The translations under genes and the position numbers were made by a program. A stretch of DNA of 64,000 nt from an uncultured Verrucomicrobiae bacterium. Its GTDB lineage: Bacteria > Verrucomicrobiota > Verrucomicrobiia > Chthoniobacterales > JAFAMB01. Numbering within the stretch: position 1 is the stretch's first letter; every line of letters starts with the position of its first letter. A model generated the notes under the pieces. That model saw only the letters and a list, made by a program, of their open reading frames with translations. It was not told the origin of the DNA and made no database searches. Positions 29,480-38,434 of the stretch are shown in pieces. The stretch covers positions 3,680,001 to 3,744,000 of the forward strand of contig CAWIPH010000002.1 of assembly GCA_963837955.1 (NCBI GenBank), read 5' to 3'.

Positions 29480-31786
29480 ATGGAATCGAAGGTCTTTATC
29501 AGCCATTCCAGTAAGGACAAAGCGATTGCAGATGCGATTTGCAACCAGCTCGAGTCCGCCGGGGTCCGATGTTGGATCGCGCCGCGCGACATCGAAGCAG
29601 GATCCGATTGGACTCAAGGAATTATGCGGGGCCTGACCTCTTGCCGGGCCTTTGTCTTGGTATTCACAGAGCACGCTAACGGTTCGGAACATGTGCGACG
29701 AGAAGTGGCTAAAGCCTTCTCTTTAGGATTGGCGGTCATTCCCTTCCGATTCGAGGCAGTCGTACCAAACCAAAGCCTGAGTTATTTCCTGGATACCGTT
29801 CAGTGGCTGGATGCGGTTCAGCCTCCTCTGCAGCGACATCTAGAGGCATTAACCCAGCGAGTGAAGACGTTGTTAATCGGCGATGAACCGTCGGCCACGA
29901 ATCCAGCGAAGCTCGTGCCAGGAACAAAAGCGCATTCGGCGCCTCGGACCGCATCTTCTGCGTCCGCGAAGAAGAGACTTTGGTTAGTAAGAACTGCTGT
30001 AGCAGCCGCCACTCTTTTGATCGCTAGCGGTCTCTGGTTCTTCGCCACAAACACTCGCAAAGCGAACGAACCGAACCCGATCGCCTCGGCTATTACTATC
30101 CCGACAAAAAGCATCGCGGTACTCCCTTTTGAAAGTCTCAGCGCGAATAAAGACGACACTTATTTCGCTGACGGTGTTCAGGATGAGATCCTCAATAACC
30201 TGGCCAAGATTGCTCAACTGACGGTTATCAGCCGCACGTCGGTCATGCAATATCGCGCCGACGAGAAACGCGATCTGCGGCAGATCGCTAACGCGTTGGG
30301 TGTCGCCAACGTCTTGGAAGGAACCGTGCGCCGGAATGGAAACCGGGTTCGGGTCAGCACCGAGCTCATCGACGCTCGCCAGGATAAGACCACTTGGGCC
30401 GACAGTTTTGATCGTGATCTCACCGACATTTTCGCGATCCAGAGCGAGGTGGCTCAGACCATCGCCTCCAAACTTGCCGCAACGCTTTCGCCCGAGGAAA
30501 AACAAAATATCGAAAAGAAACCAACCGAGAATCTTGAGGCCTATGACCTCTATCTCCGGGCCAAGGAGTTACTTCTCAGCGTTCAAGTTTCTGTGAGCTA
30601 TGGAAACGCTGAGAAACCGCTGGTCGACGCGATCGGTTTTCTAGAACAAGCTGTCAGACTGGATCCGAAGTTCACGCTCGCCTATTGTGCATCCACGCAA
30701 GCGCAGGACTTCCTCTATGGCTGGTTCGATCCCACCCCAGAACAGCGTGCCTTGGGAGACGCAGCCGTGGATAGCGCGTTAAGGTTGCAACCCGACCTGC
30801 CCGAGGTTCACCTAGCATACGCCAACCACCTTTACCGAGTCTACCGGGATTACGAACGGGCACGGGTACAACTAGCCATTGCCAGGCGCGGCCTTCCGAA
30901 CGATGCCGAGGCCATCGCGCTCGAGGCGTACATGGATCGCCAGCAGGGGCAATTCGAAAAAGCAATCCAGGAGTTCAATGACGCGATCACGCGCGATCCG
31001 CGCAATTCAGCGTTGGTTGAAGACTTAGCTATTACGCTTTGTCAAACGCGTCAGTTTCGTGCGGCTGAGCAGATGTTCGACCGTTTGATCGAGCTCCGTC
31101 CAGAAGAGCCGATACTCAAAGCACAAAAGCCAGTGTTCGTAATCTTCTTAAAGACCGGAGATGACACCGCGGTCCGCTCGGCGCTCGCAGCGCTCCCGGC
31201 ATCGATGGCCGATGATAGGGGGGTCCTCAGCTGGCGACTGGAGTTCGCGTTGATTAATCGTGATTGGCCGCAAGCAAAAGAACTTATTGAAAAGATGAAG
31301 GGCGCCGAGGACAAAGGCATAGACTTTGCCTACGGACAGATCAGTGTTCCGGTCAGCTGCTATTCCATTCTGCTCGCGCGGCTCCAAGGAGAGCAACCTG
31401 GCGCAAACGCCAGCTTCGCCGAAACGCGAGAGCAATTGAATCAAAAGGTCCAGAAATCACCGGGAAGCGCTGACCTGCTTAGCCAGTTGGCGGTGGTGGA
31501 CGCTCTGCTCAACAACAAAGAAACAGCTATCTCGGAAGCCAAACGCGCTGTGGAACTGTTGCCGATCTCCAAGGACGCGTTGCATGGTCCGGGTATCCTG
31601 CAGAATCTAGCCGTTGTTTATGCATGGACCAATGAGTTGGACCTGGCCTTCGAGAAATTGAGTTCTTTGGTCAACGTGCCAAACGGTATTTTCTACGGCC
31701 AATTGAAGCGTGAACCATACTGGGAACCGCTCCGGAAAGATCCGCGGTATGAGAAGCTCCTAGCGGAGTTAGCGCCGCGAGATTGA
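29480..31786 (+). CDS. TIR domain - TM - TolB-like/FlgO - TPR protein
   Basis: VFISHSSKD..CWIAPRDI..RREV (TIR); TM; KSIAVLPFESLS..FADGVQDEI; TPR helices. Confidence 0.9.
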   Translation: MESKVFISHSSKDKAIADAICNQLESAGVRCWIAPRDIEAGSDWTQGIMRGLTSCRAFVLVFTEHANGSEHVRREVAKAFSLGLAVIPFRFEAVVPNQSLSYFLDTVQWLDAVQPPLQRHLEALTQRVKTLLIGDEPSATNPAKLVPGTKAHSAPRTASSASAKKRLWLVRTAVAAATLLIASGLWFFATNTRKANEPNPIASAITIPTKSIAVLPFESLSANKDDTYFADGVQDEILNNLAKIAQLTVISRTSVMQYRADEKRDLRQIANALGVANVLEGTVRRNGNRVRVSTELIDARQDKTTWADSFDRDLTDIFAIQSEVAQTIASKLAATLSPEEKQNIEKKPTENLEAYDLYLRAKELLLSVQVSVSYGNAEKPLVDAIGFLEQAVRLDPKFTLAYCASTQAQDFLYGWFDPTPEQRALGDAAVDSALRLQPDLPEVHLAYANHLYRVYRDYERARVQLAIARRGLPNDAEAIALEAYMDRQQGQFEKAIQEFNDAITRDPRNSALVEDLAITLCQTRQFRAAEQMFDRLIELRPEEPILKAQKPVFVIFLKTGDDTAVRSALAALPASMADDRGVLSWRLEFALINRDWPQAKELIEKMKGAEDKGIDFAYGQISVPVSCYSILLARLQGEQPGANASFAETREQLNQKVQKSPGSADLLSQLAVVDALLNNKETAISEAKRAVELLPISKDALHGPGILQNLAVVYAWTNELDLAFEKLSSLVNVPNGIFYGQLKREPYWEPLRKDPRYEKLLAELAPRD

Positions 31787-31914
31787 ATGGCGTGTTTCCG
31801 ACTTCGCTGCGTCGTCCCAAACTCCGGAAGCTTCGTCGGACAAGTCGGCGATTGGCGTTCGGCGATGGGTAGGGCGATACAGATCCAGCGAAAGCAGGAT
31901 CTGTGAGCCTTCGC

Positions 31915-32096
31915 TCAGTCCTTCGGCGCCAATTCAGCTAACAATTTGTCGTAACGCGGATCTTTCCGAAGCGGATCCCAATACGGTTCCCGCTCCAATT
32001 GACCATAGAAAACGCCGCGTAATTTCGGCGGCACGTCTAACTTCGGAAACGGCCGTTTCTTTGTTATTGAGAAACGTCCACTACGGCTAACTGGCT
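31915..32096 (-). pseudogene. internally deleted C-terminal fragment of a paralogous TPR protein
   Basis: reverse strand encodes SQLAVVD..NNKETAVSE and GVFYGQLEREPYWDPLRKDPRYDKLLAELAPKD*, near-identical to the end of the 29480-31786 protein. Confidence 0.8.
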
Positions 32097-32138
32097 AAGG
32101 AGTTGGGTGTCCTTTGGCGATTTCTCGACCTGCACGCT

Positions 32139-32440
32139 TGGTCAAGGCGGGCACCCGACATTTGCCATACGCAAAAAGCGCCAGCAACACTTTCAGAAGG
32201 GTATTGGAGAAACTTGTCGATGCGGGCGAGAACCATAGCTCCCGAAAAACTAAAACTATGCTTCGGACAACAACCCTTGTTTTAATGACCAATCCTTCTC
32301 GCGGGCTCGCGTTCTATTTTCGACCTAGAGACGGCGAGCACTATGACCGCGTTTTCAATCGGCGTCTCCTGACCTGGACTCACTACGAAACCCTCCAGAT
32401 CGGTTAGCTCGTTATTTCCGGCTAACTCTTCGTAGCGGTT
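32139..32440. repeat. 302-bp direct repeat, copy 1 (copy 2 at 44805-45106)
   Basis: base-by-base near identity. Confidence 0.92.
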
Positions 32441-32680
32441 AGCTGTGCTCTTGGATAGTCCGGCCTGCTTCAGTTGTTCCGTTTTGCTCGGCGTCTCATC
32501 GATGGGATGCCGATCACCTTTGGATTGCTTTGAAACTTCTAGCTCCCTGCTCAACTCCCCGATCTTGATGACCGCACGGAGAGCTTGATTTCGCTAAAGC
32601 GGGTCTCAGTGGCTTGTCGTCCCGGATCCGCGCGTAGTATTCGAACTTGCGGCGTTCTCTGCTGAGACCCACGTTCGCGA

Positions 32681-32962
32681 ATGGCAGATTCCTATCTCCT
32701 GGCCGAAGAGCCGATTCCAAATCACCAACAGCAGGACTGTCGTCTGATCGTACAGCTCAATGGTCCTGAGGGTGTGGATATTCAAACTCTCCAGATGGAA
32801 GCGCTAAACGCCCTCAAAGAAAAGTACGGTAAAAGCCTTACGCTTGGCCCTATTACCGAGGAAGCAGCAGAAGGGTATTTGCGGTCAGTCCCAGGCCCTG
32901 ACACCGGTTCCATGGACTTAGATTCGGGCATTTTGTTGTGGCATCTAACGCGGATAAACTAA
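32681..32962 (+). CDS. hypothetical protein
   Basis: 93-aa ATG ORF. Confidence 0.5.
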   Translation: MADSYLLAEEPIPNHQQQDCRLIVQLNGPEGVDIQTLQMEALNALKEKYGKSLTLGPITEEAAEGYLRSVPGPDTGSMDLDSGILLWHLTRIN

Positions 32963-32987
32963 GCCCTTAGCCTCGCAAATAGTCGCT

Positions 32988-33239
32988 GTGGTCTTCGGCG
33001 ACCTGTTTCACCAGAGGCTCCGGATCACGCGCGAGCAAGCCGACAAGCTGGCGTTATCAAACCAACAGCGCCGCGGCGAGCTCTTCGAGGCGGACGCTAT
33101 CTATCGAGCGTTCGAGGCGTTGTTCGTCGCCATGCGGAAGACAATCAAAGCGTCAAAGCTAAGCGACGACGAGAAAGCGGATACTCTACGAGATCTTGAC
33201 GGAGCAGATAAAATCCGCATTGCGCTAAAGCCTGAATAG
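32988..33239 (+). pseudogene. C-terminal fragment of a Nu1-like terminase small subunit
   Basis: RLRITREQADKLALSNQQRRGEL resembles the Nu1 coiled-coil/RGEL motif; no N-terminal HTH. Confidence 0.6.
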
Positions 33240-33270
33240 CGGCAACTATACTTTGCGCCCCGTGGGCATT

Positions 33271-33654
33271 TTATCCCGGCGGCTTGCGTGCCTTCCGCGC
33301 CTTCGCGGAAGCACCAAATATCCAGAGAGCGATAGCGATCAAAAAGCAAGCCACAGAAGCCACTGCCGTGCTCGGATTTTCCTCAGCCCACCTTCCAACA
33401 AGCTCGGTCAGATTCTGGAAAAAATTACTGATAGCGTCGTTTCCCCAAAAACGTTGGAGTCCGCGGTACGGCTCTGTGTTGTCCTCGTTTTGGAAAGTTA
33501 GCGACGACGTGGGAGATGGTGACCCAGGGCTTCCGGGGACTGATTGCTTGGTAATCGGACCTGCGAACGCGAGTACGAGCGAAAGGATGGCCACGGGCAA
33601 AGATAAGATCTGGCTGTAGTTAGCGAATAGCTGAACTCTCTCCTTATGCTCCAT
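33271..33654 (-). CDS. two-TM hypothetical protein
   Basis: ATG ORF with two hydrophobic segments. Confidence 0.55.
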   Translation of the reverse strand: MEHKERVQLFANYSQILSLPVAILSLVLAFAGPITKQSVPGSPGSPSPTSSLTFQNEDNTEPYRGLQRFWGNDAISNFFQNLTELVGRWAEENPSTAVASVACFLIAIALWIFGASAKARKARKPPG

Positions 33655-33928
33655 AACCGACGCCGATCCTATGAATTCTCCTCGACTCGGGCAAGACCCG
33701 TCAGCCGCGGAATTGCCAAAGCTTCAATGGGGAATGCAAATCGTTGTAGCAAGTCGAGCGCGCGAATTTCTCTCACTTCTACCTTCTAGATTCAAGATTC
33801 TAGCTTCCGTATTCATCCTCTCTGGCCAAACGGGTTCAGCCAAATGCTGGACTCGACGTTCGCGAAGCGACACTCCCTACCGATTCCGGGCTCCTGATCC
33901 CAATAGCGATTGGGACAGTCGCCACTAC

Positions 33929-33973
33929 CTGGGCCCAGTAGGATTCGAACCTACGACCAAGGGATTATGAGTC
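33929..33973. repeat. att site: duplicated 3' part of tRNA-Ile2, distal boundary of the island
   Basis: 45-bp identity with 54613-54657. Confidence 0.95.
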
Positions 33974-34098
33974 TTAAAACAGTTTTTTTCGCTGTTTTTC
34001 ATCTTCTTTCACAGCGTTACAAGTAGCTAGGGTTGAACGGGTTGTTTCTATTCAGTCCTTTCACGGTCTTTCGCACTTTTACATAAAAAAAGTGATTT

Positions 34099-34125
34099 GG
34101 TGTAGAAGAAGGTGTAGAAGAAACC
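34099..34125. promoter_or_regulatory. putative integrase arm-type sites (2x GGTGTAGAAGAA)
   Basis: same tandem pair at the other island end, 54572-54599. Confidence 0.7.
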
Positions 34126-34145
34126 CTTTAAAATAAAGGGCCTTC

Positions 34146-34733
34146 ATGTCGGACCAACTTGACCTCGAAAGATGCCCGCATTGCGAAATAGCTCGCCCCC
34201 TTCTGCTTCAAGTCTGGTGGAATCATCCGGCAAATGTGCGTTGCGACGGCCACTGGAAGCTCTTCCATTGTTCCAGCTGCAAGAAGATCGTGATGACGTA
34301 TTCGGTGAACCATCTCCTTTCTCCAGATGAGATTTGGCCAAATTTCTTATCCGTATCAACGGAGATTCCATCCAGGGCGCGGAAAGCTCTTATCGATGCT
34401 ATTCACACTAAGACGATTGCTCCAAGTCCCAGCATCCTAGCTGCGGCCAGGTCGGTCGGGTTCATGCTCGAGGCCAAAGGTATAAAAGCCGATTCCCTGT
34501 TCAAGCAGATTAAGGCTGCCGCCGACCAACACATCATAATTCCCGAAATGGTCGATTGGGCGCACGAGATCCGCTTGGCTGCGAATGACGAGCGGCACCC
34601 TGACGAAGACGATGCTTCCGCAGAGGATGCGGCGGCCTGCGTCGACTTTGCCTTAGCACTCGGCGAAGCGCTCTTCGTGTTGCCCGCCCGAGTTACTCGC
34701 GGCCGAAAACGAGCTCGCCACGACAAGCCCTAG
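34146..34733 (+). CDS. Zn-ribbon plus DUF4145/HEPN-like protein
   Basis: CPHC..CSSC; WAHEIRLAANDERHPD. Confidence 0.8.
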   Translation: MSDQLDLERCPHCEIARPLLLQVWWNHPANVRCDGHWKLFHCSSCKKIVMTYSVNHLLSPDEIWPNFLSVSTEIPSRARKALIDAIHTKTIAPSPSILAAARSVGFMLEAKGIKADSLFKQIKAAADQHIIIPEMVDWAHEIRLAANDERHPDEDDASAEDAAACVDFALALGEALFVLPARVTRGRKRARHDKP

Positions 34734-34848
34734 GCAGTTCGCAAAGTGCATGACACATGATAACGTGACGCACAGTAGTATATTACACGTTTAATACGTG
34801 TTATTTATATGCTGCATTCGCGAGCTGATGGTATAAAAACGCCGTTCC

Positions 34849-35313
34849 ATGAACCCATCACATCTGGAGCGGGTCTACGCGGTCGTCCCGCCGGCGATCG
34901 CCGAACGCATCCACGAACACTTTGGGGAACTTGATGGCAACGGCTGCGTTCCGCCCGCCTATTTCAAAAAGTTCTGGCACCGATTCGAGAAGGACGCCGA
35001 CTTCTACGCCCGCATGATTGACCAGGCGCGAGCGCTGGAGCTCGTCGTCTTTGATGCTGATTCTCCGAGCTGGGGAGTTTGGCCGGAGGACCTCGAAGAG
35101 TGTGCGGGCCTCGGTATCATCCTTGGCATCTTCCTGGAAGTCTATATCGAAGCGGCGTTGCCCGAGATGTCCGAGGATGTCCTGGCGCGGGCTGAAGCCA
35201 TCTCCCGCGCCGAATCGAAGAGCCTCGAAGATGTGCTCATCGATTGGTTGATCGAAGGGAAGGCCAACGCGGTATCGGATTCCGCGGATTGGTGGAAAGG
35301 AGACCAGGCGTGA
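34849..35313 (+). CDS. hypothetical protein
   Basis: 154-aa ATG ORF, stop overlaps next GTG. Confidence 0.65.
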   Translation: MNPSHLERVYAVVPPAIAERIHEHFGELDGNGCVPPAYFKKFWHRFEKDADFYARMIDQARALELVVFDADSPSWGVWPEDLEECAGLGIILGIFLEVYIEAALPEMSEDVLARAEAISRAESKSLEDVLIDWLIEGKANAVSDSADWWKGDQA

Positions 35314-35630
35314 AACTCTTTCAAAAGCCGAATGGGAATTGGTACGCAAGTTCTAAGGATGAGAAGGGCCGTGTCCGCTATGTTTCGCTAAGGACCAAAG
35401 ACCGGCAGATCGCCGAACAGATCGCCCAGGAGATCGTGCCGCAAAGCCTGGCGCATGTCCGCGAACCGATTGAGCGAGAAATCGAGCGCTATCTTAGGGA
35501 TTACCAAGAGCTGCGGAGCAAAAATTACGCCTCCACCAACAGCTGTGTTTTGAAGTCGTGGGCAGCCGATATGCTGGAAATGGGGTGTTCGTGTTTGCAA
35601 GAAGTCAGCACCAAAAAGCTAGGTCGGTAA
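35310..35630 (+). pseudogene. N-terminal fragment of a second integrase-like protein
   Basis: MKLFQKPNGNWYAS..GRVRYVSLRTKDRQIAE resembles integrase arm-binding N-termini; no catalytic domain follows. Confidence 0.6.
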
Positions 35631-35776
35631 AGGTCTCGACCGCGCTGCACAAGGCTCAAAGTGCCTTTTGCCGCCGCAAAGGCTACTGGATGATGCCGCC
35701 CGAGCAACGGCAAGTATCGCTCAAGCAAACAGCGGCTTAGCCGATACACAGGAAGGAAGTTAACCCCACCCCAATC

Positions 35777-36559
35777 ATGCCTTTTGCAATCCAGATTAAC
35801 AGATCGCTCGTCGTTGCTTTAGCGCTATCAGCCGCAATTGGCCATCATTCGGCTGCCGACAATACGCCGATGGCTAGATGGATCACTCAAGACAGTATCG
35901 CCGGTTACAGCAAGCAAGCTTACGAGAAATTTATCTCGTACGCTGTCGACAACGATTCGAGCGCCACTGCGGAGCTCGTTACGAGCGGTGAGGCTACTCT
36001 ACTAAAAAAAGGCACAAAAGTGTTTCTGGTTAACTATGGCTTTATGGGCCCGTCACAAATCAGGTTAGCTGGGCACACGCAGGAACTTTGGATAGCGGAT
36101 GACTTTCTATCGAAAACTTCAGTTCAATCCGCTGAAGAAGCACTGAACGACGCACCGGAAAACACTGAAAAAGGGATCAAGCAGCAAGCCCTGAGCGGTT
36201 ACCTTGCTCCCGTCAAATTGGCGTTGTATCGACCGCTTTCGGCTTGGCAAAAACTCTATTCGGCCAAAGGCCAAGCCACCATACTCAATGATCATGCCTA
36301 TAATTTCCCAGCCGGGAAATTTATTGTGACGGTTGTCTTTGACGGCGAGAGCAACCTGGCAACAGGCGTAACTGTTTCGGTTAAGGATGAGAACGACGGT
36401 ATCAATTTGGCCGATTCGAAGAGAATCTGCGCTTCGATCGGTTTGACCAGCGTGCAAAAAGACAACGATGGCTCCGGCTTCTATCAGTGGGGTAAGGAAT
36501 CGGATCCGCTCTCCGCTTGGCTCAGCCCCGGTGATACCCTCAACATCGAAACTAAGTAA
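35777..36559 (+). CDS. secreted hypothetical protein
   Basis: signal peptide-like N-terminus, 260 aa. Confidence 0.75.
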   Translation: MPFAIQINRSLVVALALSAAIGHHSAADNTPMARWITQDSIAGYSKQAYEKFISYAVDNDSSATAELVTSGEATLLKKGTKVFLVNYGFMGPSQIRLAGHTQELWIADDFLSKTSVQSAEEALNDAPENTEKGIKQQALSGYLAPVKLALYRPLSAWQKLYSAKGQATILNDHAYNFPAGKFIVTVVFDGESNLATGVTVSVKDENDGINLADSKRICASIGLTSVQKDNDGSGFYQWGKESDPLSAWLSPGDTLNIETK

Positions 36560-36573
36560 AAAGTATTTCCAAA

Positions 36574-36831
36574 GTGGGTTTTCGCTTTCGCAAACGGATC
36601 CGCCTTGCCAAAGGCGTCTATTGGAATGTCGGCAAGAAAGGTTCTTCGCTCTCGATCGGTGGCCGTGGCGCCACTATGAACGTCTCAAAAAAGGGCGTCC
36701 GGGAAACGTTTTCGCTTCCCGGAACCGGCATCAGTTACCAAACCAAGCGCGTAGGGGCAAGCGGGTGTCTCTTGTTGGTGTTAGCATTGCCGACGGCGCT
36801 GCTATTGCTTGGGATCCTCAGCCATTCTTAA
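36574..36831 (+). CDS. DUF4236 domain membrane protein
   Basis: MGFRFRKRIRLAKG..SLSIG..LPGTGISY plus TM. Confidence 0.85.
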   Translation: MGFRFRKRIRLAKGVYWNVGKKGSSLSIGGRGATMNVSKKGVRETFSLPGTGISYQTKRVGASGCLLLVLALPTALLLLGILSHS

Positions 36832-36969
36832 AAAATTCTTCAAGAGCGTTCCGGATACGAACCGAAGAACCTTGATCAGCTAAGCTCGGAATTCTGAGAT
36901 TTCATAAGATTTCGCTTAACTGAGATCTGCTTTATCCGCTAGTCTGATTTGGGCGGTGTTCTAGAATCT

Positions 36970-37653
36970 ATGGATCAAAACCCTTTTCTCCAAGATCAAG
37001 TGCAACAGAGCTTTGTCGATAATCCGGAGCCTCGATGTCCTTCGCTCTTGATTCTGGACGTTTCCGGCTCGATGAGTGGCACGCCAATTCGACAGCTCCA
37101 GACCGGCGTTGAGGTGTATCGGGATTCGCTTTTTTCCGACGCCTTAGCTCGCAAAAGAGTTGAGATAGCGATTTTGAGTTTTGGCGGACGGGTCGAATTG
37201 CTAAACGCATTTTGCACGGTCGATAACTTTGTAACTCCGGCGCTAGAGGCCTCCGGTGACACACCGATGGGACAAGCAGTAGTCGAAGGCTTGGACCTGC
37301 TGAACTCCCAAAAAGCAGTTTACAAGCAACATGGAATTTCTTACTTCCGCCCGTGGGTATTCCTTATAACTGACGGCGGACCGACCGATGTGCAGAGTCA
37401 CTTTTGGACAGAGGCGAAGCAACGAGTTCGGGACGGAGAAGCTGCTCGTTCATTTTCTTTTTTTGCGGTTGGCGTCGAAGGGGCTGATATGAATCGCCTG
37501 TCGGAACTTTGCGTCCGTGAACCGCTTAAATTGCAGGGGTTAGAATTCCGCAAAATGTTTGAATGGTTATCTGCCTCCCAACAGGCAGTATCTCGTTCGA
37601 CCGTGGGCGAAGCAGTTAAGTTAGACTCTCCGGCAGGTTGGGCCGAAATCTAA
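36970..37653 (+). CDS. yegL: vWA domain protein (TerY/YegL type)
   Basis: NPEPRCP..LDVSGSM (MIDAS), GDTPMG, YFRPWVFLITDG, GWAEI. Confidence 0.92.
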   Translation: MDQNPFLQDQVQQSFVDNPEPRCPSLLILDVSGSMSGTPIRQLQTGVEVYRDSLFSDALARKRVEIAILSFGGRVELLNAFCTVDNFVTPALEASGDTPMGQAVVEGLDLLNSQKAVYKQHGISYFRPWVFLITDGGPTDVQSHFWTEAKQRVRDGEAARSFSFFAVGVEGADMNRLSELCVREPLKLQGLEFRKMFEWLSASQQAVSRSTVGEAVKLDSPAGWAEI

Positions 37654-37669
37654 CATCAGCACGTCGCCA

Positions 37670-38434
37670 ATGTGGAATTTCGTCGGCGCGAAAGTGACCG
37701 GATGCTCGCACGTCAGATCGAGCACGCCGTGCCAAGACGCATTTGCTCATCGTTTGGCTACAAACGAAACTATGATGATTGCTATTTCGGACGGCGCAGG
37801 CAGTTCTGCGCGCTCGGATATTGGGGCTGAGGCCGCAGTTCAGGCGGCATTAGACACAATTCAAGAGGAGTTGGAATATGGTGAAGAGCTTAACTACGAC
37901 TCCGGTCTGGCAATTTGCGACTCCGCAAGAACCCGACTCTTTGAAATCTCCAAAGGCCGAGGAATTCCAATCCGAGACCTTGCTTGCACATTATTGTTCG
38001 CCGTGTTTTCCGAACGAGAGGCATTTTTTGGCCAGTTGGGTGATGGCGCATGGTTGGTGACCTCGGGAGCAACTATAGTCCCGGCGACATGGCCATTTCG
38101 TGGTGAGTATGCCAACGAAACATGTTTTCTGACTTCCCCTGATTGGAGTAGCCTGTTTGAATTTCAAAGCGTCAGCGGCCCCATAGATTCGGTTGCTGGA
38201 CTTAGCGATGGAATTCAAGGTCTCGTCTTGCATTATCAAAGCCGGACCGTTTTCGAGCCGTTCTTCGATCCGCTTCTAAACGTGCTGCGCTATTCTCTTT
38301 CGCCCGAGAAGCTCACCGTTCCCCTCCAAGATTTTCTATCAACAGAGGAGATCAGAAATCGAACCGACGATGACAGAACGCTGGTGCTGGCCTCAAGACG
38401 AAGATTTCGCTTGCTGCAGAATGGAACTGTTTGA
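37670..38434 (+). CDS. yegK: PP2C-family phosphatase (YegK/PphC type)
   Basis: GCSH..PCQDA, SDGAGS, GDG, GEYANET, SDG, TDDDRT. Confidence 0.9.
   Translation: MWNFVGAKVTGCSHVRSSTPCQDAFAHRLATNETMMIAISDGAGSSARSDIGAEAAVQAALDTIQEELEYGEELNYDSGLAICDSARTRLFEISKGRGIPIRDLACTLLFAVFSEREAFFGQLGDGAWLVTSGATIVPATWPFRGEYANETCFLTSPDWSSLFEFQSVSGPIDSVAGLSDGIQGLVLHYQSRTVFEPFFDPLLNVLRYSLSPEKLTVPLQDFLSTEEIRNRTDDDRTLVLASRRRFRLLQNGTV

Noticed and set aside
32114..32407. 97-aa ORFs in both copies of the 302-bp repeat
   Set aside because: Starts lie outside the repeat and differ between copies; no recognisable motifs, so coding status is unsupported
33929..33973. Second tRNA gene
   Set aside because: Only the 3' part (anticodon loop to acceptor) is present; it is the att duplicate
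34766..34801. dif-like XerCD site
   Set aside because: Only loose resemblance (gcacagtagtatattacacg); the XerD arm does not match the consensus
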